A stretch of 57,296 bases of DNA, the filler included, from Sphacelaria rigidula (taxonomy: Eukaryota): NCBI GenBank assembly GCA_964200075.2. It is 6 parts of 6 records of this genome, joined end to end, with 100 filler letters (N's around TTAATTAATTAA, not from the genome) between each part and the next. Parts side by side here need not be neighbours in the genome. Positions count along the whole stretch, not along the records: positions 19,134 to 28,599 come from CAXNAA020008431.1; positions 28,700 to 38,165 come from CAXNAA020008432.1; 4 more parts are not named here. One strand, 5' to 3'. Shown in pieces: positions 24,000 through 34,944 of the stretch. A program made the translations under genes and the position numbers. How positions within the stretch are numbered: position 1 is the first letter of the stretch; every line of letters starts with the position of its first letter. The notes under the pieces are model-generated. The model searched no databases, was not told the DNA's origin, and saw only the letters and a list, made by a program, of their open reading frames with translations.

Positions 24000-26184
24000 T
24001 TTTTTTTCGTAAGGGGTACATTGTCTGATTCCCTTGTTGAAAAAGGTGAGGACGTGAGCAGCGTCTGACTCGAGTCGACGCGGGTTGCGGAAATGCTGAT
24101 CCGATCCGCGATATCCACAGGCAAGCCGTGTAGTGGGAGAGATGGCTGAATCCCTTGAGACCACTGACTTATCCCGAGGAAAGGGAGGAGTTGAAATCAT
24201 GGCAGAAAAGAAACCACGCGCGCGGGGGGGGGGGGTATGACACTCGATGGACACCACGCCCTGAAGACACCATATGTAAACTTTAGGTGCCTAGGAGTAA
24301 TGATATCAGGTTGAGCACCTGTGCCTACCCGTGTTGCTGGGTTTGTTTTGGAACGAGTGTACACTCCTTCTTACTATAAGTGGGTCACGTGTTTTTACAT
24401 ATCAGCGCTGCTTATCCCGCTGTGCGTGGAATTAGATCGCGCAAGGACGATACCCTCATTGCACCGACGTGTGGCATCTATTGTAAGACGGGACATGCGA
24501 GCAGGGGATGCTATTTACATTTCATCATTTGATGACTGTCGGTTCCCGGCGGCGGTAGCACAGCAAGTTGTGATGAGCACATGTTGTCGAATAATTGGGG
24601 TGACGAAGGAAGGATTGGGACTGAGAAAGTTGCCTAACGATGGATGGCACTGCCTACTGTGGCGTGTCCTGCCACTTGAGCCCTAGGCAAGAGGAGCTGC
24701 GCAAAGCCGCTCAACACGTACCCATGTTATTTTTCGCCACACTTGACGATACAGCGGTGAACGGAGAGGATTACTCCCAGTGCACTATAGACATGGATTT
24801 GACACGATTTCTGTTGTTTTTGTTCTAGGTTGCACATCCAATGCAAGGAATTGAAAGAAATCAAGCGGTACAGTTATCGCATAGCTGCAACGTTTCAGGT
24901 AATCTACTACGTCCGGCCTGTGGCCCGAAGTGTCTCGGACCGACAAGGCACATCTCTTCGTCTTCACATTCCTCCGGTATCACCCTCTTCATCCTCAGTC
25001 GCCGTTTCTGTTTGATGCGATATTTTTTTCAACACGCCGTTCCATATCTTTTTTGGCACTGAAAACTGAAGAGGTATGTCCTGGCTTTACCTGGATGTAT
25101 GACACCTTGCGCTGACTAGTGTCCCCTAACGTGGCCGGAACTCACGGGGTACACCCTCTCCTGGCCTTTTTCCTTCGCACTGTGTCTAATTGCAAGTCGC
25201 GACTTCAATTTGCTCATCTACTCTGCGATCTACTCTGTTACTGAAGCAGTAGAGTTTGAGAGGGTAAATACGCCTGATTTCTCTCCGCCCCCATGTCTAC
25301 ACGGAGAGTGCACACGCAGCATTCCCAATCACACCCCCAGGTGGTCCGCGCGTTTTTGGCGACCGTTTCGGACATTGCTTTGAACTTGTTGGCCAGGCAG
25401 TACTTGTCGACGCCGAGTATAAACACGCATTTCGCCTTTTGTTGCTTCTGTCGACGGCTCGGATGTAATCCCGCCGCCGCTGGAGTTTATTTATCGCCTT
25501 CACCGCTGCAGCTTTTGCGCCTTTTATTATTCTCCGTACGAACCACGAACCTGCCCCCCCACCCCCACTCAACCATATGCTTGCTGCATGCAGCAGTTTC
25601 GTGATTCAGCCATCGTTTCACCTCGTACGGCATGCATGCCTTCCTTCCTGTGCAGGCGTTTTGCCCCCCTGGGCGCAGCCACTGCTTCGAGTGGTTTCCC
25701 GCTCCATGCTCCGGGTCATGCGCGCCTAATACAGTGAGGGTCCGATCAATGTGCGCACATCCGTTCGTGTGCTTCCGGAAGCCTGTCGACTCTCCGGTAT
25801 GTGGGCGCACGGGGAAAGTTGACATTATTATTGTGCGCAGATGTTTTGTGGCGGCCTTGATGGTACCGATGTTTTGCTACCTAATACCCGGAGTTTTCGA
25901 CCAGTGCTGCGACGATTCGTTTCGAAGTCGCACAGTGTGTGCACGTTACTCCAACTCCGAAAAAATGGTGAATAGACATGGTATGCTTGATTTTTGGAGT
26001 CACACACGCCGCGGTGATGTTTCCACACAGCTTATGAAGCTGTCAGCGACCTTGCCGAAACGGTGCTACCTCTAAGTTGACCAGAAAGTACACAGAAATG
26101 TGCATTCTGACCCCTTCACTCTGTTTCTCGGTTTGACCTCGGAATGTCCTCGGTATGTCCTCCTCCCAGGGCGTCAACTGACGA

Positions 26185-26949
26185 ATGGGGAACTCTGTGA
26201 TGTCAGGCACATCTGTGATGCCGAGGGCGAGCGGGCACGAGCCGTTATCCAGCGTTTACACGGTGAAAAACTTGCACGGAGATGCAGAGAAAGCGATGAA
26301 CAACATCTCCAGCTTGACTTGTTTCAAATCCACTATTCTCGCCCGCACCGCCATCTTCGACAGCCGCGAGGATATCATGGCCTACTTGGCCCACGTTAAA
26401 GGCAAGTTCAAGTGGTTCGACTTCGATTCTACCAACCTCAAGAAGACGGTCGAGCTGTTCGTCCGCGACCAGCAAGGCGTGCATGACGTTCACCTCACGG
26501 GATACCTCATCATTTGCGACTACCACAACGGCCAATACTACTTCCGCTCGTGTGTCGCCGAGTTTCACGAGGTCCTCACGTACGGACAGATGGCTTACAA
26601 GATAGCCGCCTCCAGTTCTACCCTGCTCGGGTCCGTGGGCGCGGGTGCAACCTTGGGGGCGGCAATTGCTGTCCCGTTTGATGTCGTCACCCTTGGGGCA
26701 GCGTCAGCGGCAGGAGCGGTGGTGGGAGCCATAGGCGGGGGCGTTGGCACGATCTTCATCAACGTCAATGACGAGTCGAGGCGACGATCTATCGAGGAGA
26801 ATCTCGGTAGAGCGGTGTACGATGCGCGAGAAGATAGAGTCAATGGACCCGCGGCTATGGAGGCCGTACTCGTGTACCACGTCATTCGGTGTCAGAGATA
26901 TGAATTCGCAGGGCAGGAAGTTCGGATCCGCGATCTTATTGAGTCGTAG
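26185..26949 (+). CDS. Intronless hypothetical protein, 254 aa, with glycine-zipper hydrophobic segment
   Basis: Long uninterrupted ATG-TAG ORF with visibly C/G-ending codon bias; in-frame stop just upstream; pyrimidine-rich cag acceptor at 26167-26169 suggests a 5'UTR intron. Confidence 0.75.
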   Translation: MGNSVMSGTSVMPRASGHEPLSSVYTVKNLHGDAEKAMNNISSLTCFKSTILARTAIFDSREDIMAYLAHVKGKFKWFDFDSTNLKKTVELFVRDQQGVHDVHLTGYLIICDYHNGQYYFRSCVAEFHEVLTYGQMAYKIAASSSTLLGSVGAGATLGAAIAVPFDVVTLGAASAAGAVVGAIGGGVGTIFINVNDESRRRSIEENLGRAVYDAREDRVNGPAAMEAVLVYHVIRCQRYEFAGQEVRIRDLIES

Positions 26950-28064
26950 TCATTTGTTTCGACGAAGCTTGGGCATGTGGATGTGGAGGACAGGGAGTTC
27001 GAGTCTGTGGTTTTAATGGGTCATAGTCAATGGGGTGTAGGAATTTTGTGGGTGATGGATGCCAATGGACGGTACATTCCCTGTGCTAGCCGACACTTGG
27101 CAGCAAGGTGTCGGCATGCTGTTCCGGGGGGAAAGTGGTTGTGGGGCGAGTTGTCACGTTCGACATGCTTATTCTTTCATGTACATCGAGTAAATACGTG
27201 GGGTTTTTCTTTGGTGATGTGCCCCTTTACCTGTATGTTTTGGTTTCCGGCCCTTCAAGGTGATCCGTGTTACCACCGTTTGCTAGTGATAATACGAACG
27301 CTCAAAACCGCATTGATTTAATGTTTGATAGTTGATCCAGCAAACCCCAAAATATGCAGCAGGTAGAGTATGAGTGGACGCTGTGCGGCTGCGATGAAGC
27401 CATTTTACGGAGTGTCGTGAGTCTCGTACGGCGTAACCAGTGTTTTCTGTAATGCAGCCATTTGGTGAACTATTATTATAGTGGTATTGTACGGTGTACA
27501 GATCTACGAAGTTGTACCGCACATAAATGCTGCAGTATACAATAAAAGAAAGGTACTCGTTGGTAGACCGGGCATGGGTATTGCTGTGCTCTTCGCAGTG
27601 CTTCTGATCTTGCTTCACTCGGAGAAAGAGGCTATGACGGGTGTTGTTTCTCTACACGGCGATGGGTGCGTGGCAAATACCTGGTAGGTTCGGTATAGGT
27701 TTGAGCATGCATACTACAAGAAGGCAGCGAATGGGATTCCGAAGCTTGAGGTTTGTTTCTTCAAGGAGGTGACCAGCGGCGTGTCCCGCTCCTACTAGTT
27801 TCCGTGCTACCAGTTGTAGTATTCTGCAGGCCGGGCGTTCCCAGGAATGGATGACGATCGCTTATCTGAGCAACTGCAGGGCGTTTGTAAAATACCCAGG
27901 CAGTTGCTTGTTCGTAGCCTTTTTCTCTGTCGCATGGGATGGATTCATATTTTTGTCGGTTTATTGCTGTCTACCTCGTTGGAAAACCGGCTCGTGGTGT
28001 CCCTCGCTATATTTGTCAAGTGTGAAAAGTAAACGGTGGTGGCATGTAGTCGTTTGCAACATTA

Positions 28065-28255
28065 GACAGTAGCGAGAAGTACTAGGAGACAGATGGTGGC
28101 CACAAACGGCGAAAGAGGACGGGGATAAGGTTCATTGAAGGTTTTGTGTTATGTATGGAAGAAACGTAATGGGCGTCCAAATGTTGGAGGAGTCTCGATT
28201 AGGAGTAGGAACGGTGCTCTGTCTAGCAAGGTATTCATGATCAATGGTCAAACTA
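28065..28255 (+). mobile_element. LINE 3' fragment (same family as 21390-22650)
   Basis: Shared gatgg(t/a)gccaca(a/g)acggc and attaggagtaggaac with 22435-22640. Confidence 0.75.
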
Positions 28256-28599
28256 ATAAGAACACCGTTTTCGTAAGATCGAGAGTAGAGCGCTGATTGA
28301 GAGTGGCTTCGGTAATTTGCTTTCACCTAACCATTTTTCATTCCGTGGTGCTTCTATTTGCCTCCATCACTAGCGTGTGCTCACAGCTACACGTCGATAT
28401 CCTACTCGGAGATATCAAGGGCCGCAGTGGCAAGCTACTACTACAGAAAGCATATCGGACCTCGTGGAGGGGCATTTTGGAACTGAAACGGCTCATTCGC
28501 TAATTGGCCGCTTTTCACTCTCAATCGTATCCCCTACTCTCGATCTCACGAAAACGTTGTTTTAGCCGAGAACCAAATGAGTACCCCCCCCCCCCCCCC

Positions 28600-28699
28600 N
28601 NNNNNNNNNNNNNNNNNNNNNNNNNNNNNNNNNNNNNNNNNNNTTAATTAATTAANNNNNNNNNNNNNNNNNNNNNNNNNNNNNNNNNNNNNNNNNNNN
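28600..28699. other. Artificial scaffold-joining linker
   Basis: N44-TTAATTAATTAA-N44. Confidence 0.97.
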
Positions 28700-28705
28700 C
28701 CATCG

Positions 28706-29100
28706 TATGTGTGTGTGTGTGTGTGGAGAGGGGGGTGGGGGGGGGGGCGTTCCCTGTATGTATTTTGGGCGCATGTCTACACCTTTCGGTAAATGCGGGT
28801 GCATCAGCCCGGGCACCACGAGGAGAATCAACATAGGAGTTTTTTCCAAAAATTGTTTATGGCACATCCCGTTTTTCTGCGGTGCTTGCCTTGCTTTTTA
28901 TCGCGAGTAGGGTTCGACGGTCGTCTTCCCTCGTCGACCGTGAAGTCGAATTTTGTGTACCCACGACATGTTCCCTGTCCATTGTTGGGTATGATGTGTG
29001 AAGGAATCCAGATCTTCTTGTGACTCTACCAAGATTCGAACCCACGTCTCACCCGTAAGTGAGTCTCGAGGGTACCCAACTGAGCCACCGGGACGACCGG
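28706..29100 (-). mobile_element. tRNA-derived SINE
   Basis: Minus strand begins ccggtcgtcccggTGGCTCAGTTGG (A box)...GGTTCGAATC (B box), followed by a body of about 300 bp and a TACA/CA-rich tail. Confidence 0.65.
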
Positions 29101-29117
29101 TGATTAATACATAGCAG

Positions 29118-29912
29118 CGTAGATCCGTTTTTGAGGTTCAACATTTGCGTGAGGTTCGAATCGAAAATAGTGCTTTTCCTGACCGAAAGTCGTGATCAAT
29201 GAAATTCATATGGACGATCTCATGCCCCCCGACCTCCTTGAAACTATTTTGGGGGGGCTGCCCGTCTTCAGTGCCCCAAAGCGTATGTGCGAAAGCACCT
29301 TTTTGCCCCGATATCGGGGCGAAAAAGGGGACGTTTATCAGCCCGAAAGTGGTGCTTTCGCATATACGCTTTGGGGGCACGGGAGAGAGGCAACCCCCGA
29401 AAATAGTTTCAAGGCGGTCGGGGGGCACGAGGTGGTCCATATGAAATTCATTGGTCATGACTTAAACAGGCGACGGCAACCGTTGGCGGGTCCTAGGTTC
29501 AACATCAAACAGCGGATTCTCAAAAATGAGGTTGACAAAAAAAATGGGGTTCAACTCATCAGCAGAGCTTTCCCCGACCTGAAGCCATGACAAATGATTT
29601 TTATATGAACCTCATCACTTCTGACCTCCCTGTACTATTTCGGGGGGTTTTCAGCCTTCCGTTCCCCCAGAGGGTATGTGCGAAAGCACGACTTTTGGGC
29701 CAGACTGCGTCTATTTTTTCACCCCGATGTTGAGACAGAAAGGTGCTTTCGTGCACACCCTTCGGAGGAACGGAAGGCTCGAAATCTCCCGACATAGTTT
29801 CAAGGAGGTCGAGAGGGATGGGATGGTTCGTATGCAAGTACTCTGCCATGAGAATAGGGAAGGAGATGCTCTGCTTCCGAGTTGAACCTCCTTTTTTTTT
29901 AACCGAATCCGC
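29118..29912. repeat. Foldback element made of two tandem palindromic units (about 29190-29460 and 29587-29850)
   Basis: Arms aatgaaattcatatggac...ttgaaactatttt...ccccaaagcgtatgtgcgaaagcacc are mirrored within each unit; outer ends gaggttcaac/gttgaacctc. Confidence 0.8.
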
Positions 29913-31817
29913 TTTTCATGTCTCATGTATTTACGTGTGTGTATACAATTTCGACCACAGTACGTCCGATCTTAAATATCTTCATTTTCAAGCTCGTTCA
30001 ACGGTAGACAAAGGTGTCACACAGTCCCATTCACCCGCCCCCTCCCTTCTACAGAACTCAGATGTAGTTCAACATGTCACAGTCTGGTTGGTTTTTCTGC
30101 TGGCATGTTCATCCTTGTTGCCTTCCCCCTCTTCATTCGTCTCCCTGTAAATCTTCAACCTTCAAGCATCCTACGTGGAGACGCCTACACGAACACATGG
30201 TGAAGTTGTTGGTTGGCTTCACTCATTTTCTCGCTCGTGGTAGGATCCTTTGCTGAACGCATCTCCTGCTACGACGGTATGCATATTCCGAGAAACACAA
30301 CTAGAAAGGAAGGGCCTCAACACGAACATGACGATTGTGGTTGAAACACTTTCGGCGGCAGCAGCCCCGCCCCCCCCCAATGAAGAGCGTGCGATCAAAA
30401 GAGAGGTTAAGCAGAACGAAGAGGTAGAATATTACGTTGGTGGGGTGAAGGCAGGGGGGATGATCTCGTCTTCGCTCCAGTTCGTGCGAAGGAGGCGCAC
30501 AAAGTCTTGGATACTCTTGCCGTTCAGATGGTCGAATGTCTCCTCTCGACAACACGTGGTCAGAGTAGAAGGGGCACTACACCAATATTTCATGTATACA
30601 CTTGTCCTGCACGAGAACGCGAATGGAACGTTGCAGGGACTGTTGGCGAGTTGGATTTTGGTTCCAACAGTCACTCGACCGTAAAATGAGGTGAACATCT
30701 CCCGCGAACCCACTCGCGCACCGTGAGTAGGATGGAACTCCTTCCTCATGAGCGTCACAGATCAACCTTACGTCCTCATCCGGGACCAAGATCGGTACAC
30801 ATACGGGATATCGATTGGGACTCATCAGTTGCATGTCAATCAATCCATCTTTTTCCAGCATTAATTGAACTCGTCCCTCCCCTCGACGACCCTCCCACGC
30901 AAATTTGCTTCCAGGACAGTGACGGTCCGGAGCAGTCGTGCTATCGCAATTGCACAACTCATCAATTTTCAAACATACGACATGCTCACCAACGTGAGAG
31001 TACGCTGCAACGCCAAGGCTTGCCTTAATATTTCTCTCAAAGGGCGACACAGACGTGGTACCGTACACAAAACGAGCAAAAGATCGGTGGTGCAAACGAC
31101 ACACTCGGCATGGACAATCTACGCAAAACTTGTAAGAGTCGGGAGCCACCACACCCGTACCATACGATACACAAACCCCACCTCGTATTTCTGTTTGAAA
31201 TACCCCAGGAACTAATCGTACACCCCTCGTGGCTGAGGACATCAGAAATCATTCCTCGAGCGGCAAATCCAGGCGATATCACCGAATGCAACATATTAGT
31301 ACAAACTCATCTCGAGTCGACCACGACAAAGTCAACACGTGGTAGTGCATCCAACGACCGTGGTTCGAAGGAGTATCGGTAAAACCCGTAACATTCCCAT
31401 AAAAATAATCACTCTTACGAACAGGCGAGACATCGAACAAGCCCCAACCAGGCTACATCAGAGCGAGGCCTTCTGTTTACATTTACCCTCACTATGCCGG
31501 CGGCCACACGAATCACAACGGCGACGGGTGTTGCACCCGTAAATCCTTCGCGCGGTTGAAACGTATATCACGTATTCAACCTCTAATCAAAACTTTATTT
31601 CACCTCGAGGCACTCCTGATCAGCCCGTGCTCATGGATGGGGCCCAAGCATTTTCGCTTGATGACACGACGAAGAGGGCACGCCACACATGTCCACAGGT
31701 CGATCGAATTTCCAGGTGCGCACACGTCTTTACGATTCGGGGTGACAATCATCGGGACTCCCTTGCAGCCGGCACATCGACACTAGTAGAACGCAAATAA
31801 ATACCCCGTAATATGTC

Positions 31818-32092
31818 TCAGGAGGAAGACGTGAAGTAGAAGGAGAATGACGTGGCATCGTCCTCGAATTCCAGGTCCCACTTCGTGAGAGCTGACGGAT
31901 TCCATTCAGGGACATCAGCTGCTCCCTTCCATGCAGCAAGACCCTGCATGTCCCTGTTTGCCTTCAACTTGTTCTGCAACAGGACGTTGCGCAGCGTCTC
32001 CAGCTTGGATGGTGTGTGAACTTCCTCGAGTTCAGTGGTATCGAACGTATCGAAGTCGAACGAGAAACTTGTGCCGTCCAGCTCACTCAACC
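31818..32092 (-). CDS. Orphan type II membrane/secreted protein (228 aa), exon 4 (terminal)
   Basis: aag acceptor, phase 1 (G+GG=G); LSELDGTSFSFDFDTF...EDDATSFSFYFTSSS then TGA. Confidence 0.75.
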
Positions 32093-32473
32093 CTTCGAAA
32101 CGAGACGGGTTGAGATATACAAGGCGAGAAAGATGTGAGAGGGGATACACTACGGGGAACGTGTTGATTCTCCAGTGACGGCGAGGCGGAATGACACACG
32201 GAATACTTGCGAGGGTGCCAATGAAGGCCCGGTGGGTTCATGCTCAACAATATCATTCTCACACCGTTGAATCCAGGGTCATTATTCTTGTCGGATCCCT
32301 CAATCTCGTTCACACTTCTTTCATCATATTTCATCCGACGAAGTGGCCAGCAACAGCTAGTCCATTCCATTATTTGGCGGACAAGCTGCTAGACCGTTTC
32401 CAATCCGGGGTGAAGGTTCCCAATGGGGGAAACCTGTTACATGGGGTCATGGGCATTAGTTCCGGAGCCTCAC

Positions 32474-32644
32474 CGGTCAAGGAATCCTCCACTTCGAAGA
32501 GTTCTGCTCTTGCAGCGCGGAGCTGCGGTGGAACCTTCATGGCCCACTCTTCCTCGGACTCGTGGCGGTACTCGTTCTTCTTAGCTTTCCTGTCAGGTTC
32601 CCACGCACCGTAGAAGTCCTTCTGATTGGCTCTGTCATCTTCCC
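32474..32644 (-). CDS. Orphan type II membrane/secreted protein, exon 3
   Basis: tatcag acceptor (T+GG=W); EDDRANQKDFYGAWEPDRK...EVEDSLT; gtgagg donor, phase 1. Confidence 0.78.
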
Positions 32645-33350
32645 CTGATAATATCAACATGACGTTCAAGAGTGCTGCTTCTCATGCATCAAGACATTCA
32701 TGACGTATTCCTGATGTGTTCAAATTTTTAGCGGACATAACGTCTAATTGGTTTTGGAATGTCGGAACAAAATTTGTTTAGGGTCACCGTTTTTGTTCAA
32801 CCTCTTGAATTTTCACGTCGATAGACCAGACTCCGAGGGGCAGCCCCGGGAAAAGTGGGTTACAAAGCGATCAAATGCAATTCTTCACAAATGACTGTGC
32901 ATCCAGGTTTCCCCATATATTTGAACTGTGGTGGTCCTCAACGTGCAGTCAATTTTTCTTTGAACGGCAACAGTGTGGTGAAGCTTCACAATGGGTCTTC
33001 GACTCATCTCGGTTGGGCTGATTCCGTTGGTTGTGACAGTATGGTCGCCGAGTAAACTTGCCGAGGCAAATGGGAACGGATTTCATGAGATTGGCATAAC
33101 AACCAGGCGGGGGAAAAATCGAGACAGGATTTCCCGCGTAGATGTCATGTGCTCGTTCAAACCAGCGAAAATAGAGGTTCGACACGGAGGATGGCGAGTG
33201 CGTTTTCAGCACCAAGATGAAGTTTTTCCACAAGAACGTGATACCGTCGCAGGATTCGTGAGGACTCAAGAGCAAACTCGGACGCTGAATGATGTGCGAA
33301 ACTCTCATGAAAAAGTTCAACACAGGGACTCAAGCTGCCAAAATTCTCAC

Positions 33351-33429
33351 AGTTCGTTTCGCCCTTCAAGTTCCGTTCCGCAGTTGTGCCGTATGTCTTC
33401 CTCACTGGTACCGAGTCGTCCGCGTCCTC
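33351..33429 (-). CDS. Orphan type II membrane/secreted protein, exon 2
   Basis: tgcag acceptor, phase 0; EDADDSVPVRKTYGTTAERNLKGETN; gtgaga donor, phase 1. Confidence 0.7.
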
Positions 33430-34782
33430 CTGCACGTAACACGAGGGAAGCAAATCGCTTCGATGTCAGTTTTGGCTACGCAAATCGAAATGTCCTGGCC
33501 ACTCATGAAATATGGATAGAACCGACGTCGGAGGGAGGCCCTCAGCTGCAAATCGTACCATACGTGTTCAGACCACCACCTGGTGAATCCCAGCCGGTGT
33601 CGTGAGTTGTTGCAAAGCGTCAAACGAGATTTCCGTCATCGCCATGGACGTATGTTACCCTTGATCACCGTGGTCACCCCATCCCTTTACTCAACGGAAG
33701 CGTTTCCCACGCAGAAGAGAGTATCGACCGCTCATGGCAATGGTTAGCCGCACCACGCACCACCTCATCTTCATCTGAGCACTTCGAGGTTCGTTGAGAG
33801 TGGGTGGTTCTTATCTTTTACCGTGGAAACCACCATCATCCGGGTGGGCACATGCCCCACCCCATCGGAATCGTAAGACTTGACCGAATTTTACCACTAC
33901 ATTCCGACGTTCGCAGGACGTTAACCTAAAATGTTAATGTCATATATCAGGGAGCACCTGGAAAATGCACTTTCGGCGGTGAACCAACCGAGGTCAACTC
34001 GACTTCTCGGCAGACGGTGCATCATCAACTGCGAATACGTGACTCGTGATCTTGGACTTCCATTATACAAATCGGCGAACACCGATGACAATCTTCTTCG
34101 CATGTCGGGACACAGGTGCAAGTGGACGTTTCTATTTGATATATCACCAACTTACCCTCCATATTACGGGGGCTGCTTCCGTTTGGCGATGTCTGTCCTA
34201 CCCGACTTCACCAGTCGGGTAGTGACGACTCGGTGCATCCCTGGCTTGGGATCCATGTCCCAGAGTGATCAACGCATACACGTTACACGGGACGTTACCT
34301 TGCTCGCCTACTTGAGATGGCGGGATATGGGGTACTTGGGACGAAAAAAGAGACAATTATTTCGGAGTGCGAATTTTTCATGACCTCGCCCACATTCCCC
34401 AGCTCAGACTCGGGGCAAAGCTGAGTCCTCGGGAAGCCTTCGAATGAGATGGCAACCATGTACTGATGGCAGACATGGTGCGGTGGCTATGCACCCCGTA
34501 CGTACAGGTAGGTGGGAGGAAGATATCCTACATGATTAGCCTCGACCGTAATGGTCGTGAATTTATGCGTTACGAACGAGAAGTTGGTGGGGACAAGTAC
34601 AGTCCGTCCGTCATTCGCGGACACGAGTGCATGATCGGACCAACTGGTGACGGGCGCGTACCGAATGAGCCCGTACTGGGGCGGACACAATTTCGCTAGG
34701 GCTGTTTCACACAAACCCTCGCCAAGAACCCTACGATGTACATCAAGAATTGCATGCCCTCGGTGTCCTCGCTACTTCTCAC

Positions 34783-34944
34783 CCTCGAGCCAGCTCCACG
34801 AACGCCACCCGTGATCCCTACCGGAGAAGACAGGCCTACGATGACTCCGACCGCGAAGCAGGATGCCACGAAAACGCTCACCAACGTCCGCCGGCGCGTA
34901 GATACCGCGGAAGCAGTAGAGGTATCCGTCGTTGTGTGGGCCAT
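34783..34944 (-). CDS. Orphan type II membrane/secreted protein, exon 1
   Basis: ATG at 34944; MAHTTTDTSTASAVSTRRR + hydrophobic TLVSVFVASCFAVGVIVGL + SSPVGITGGVRGAGSR; gtgaga donor, phase 0. Confidence 0.72.
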
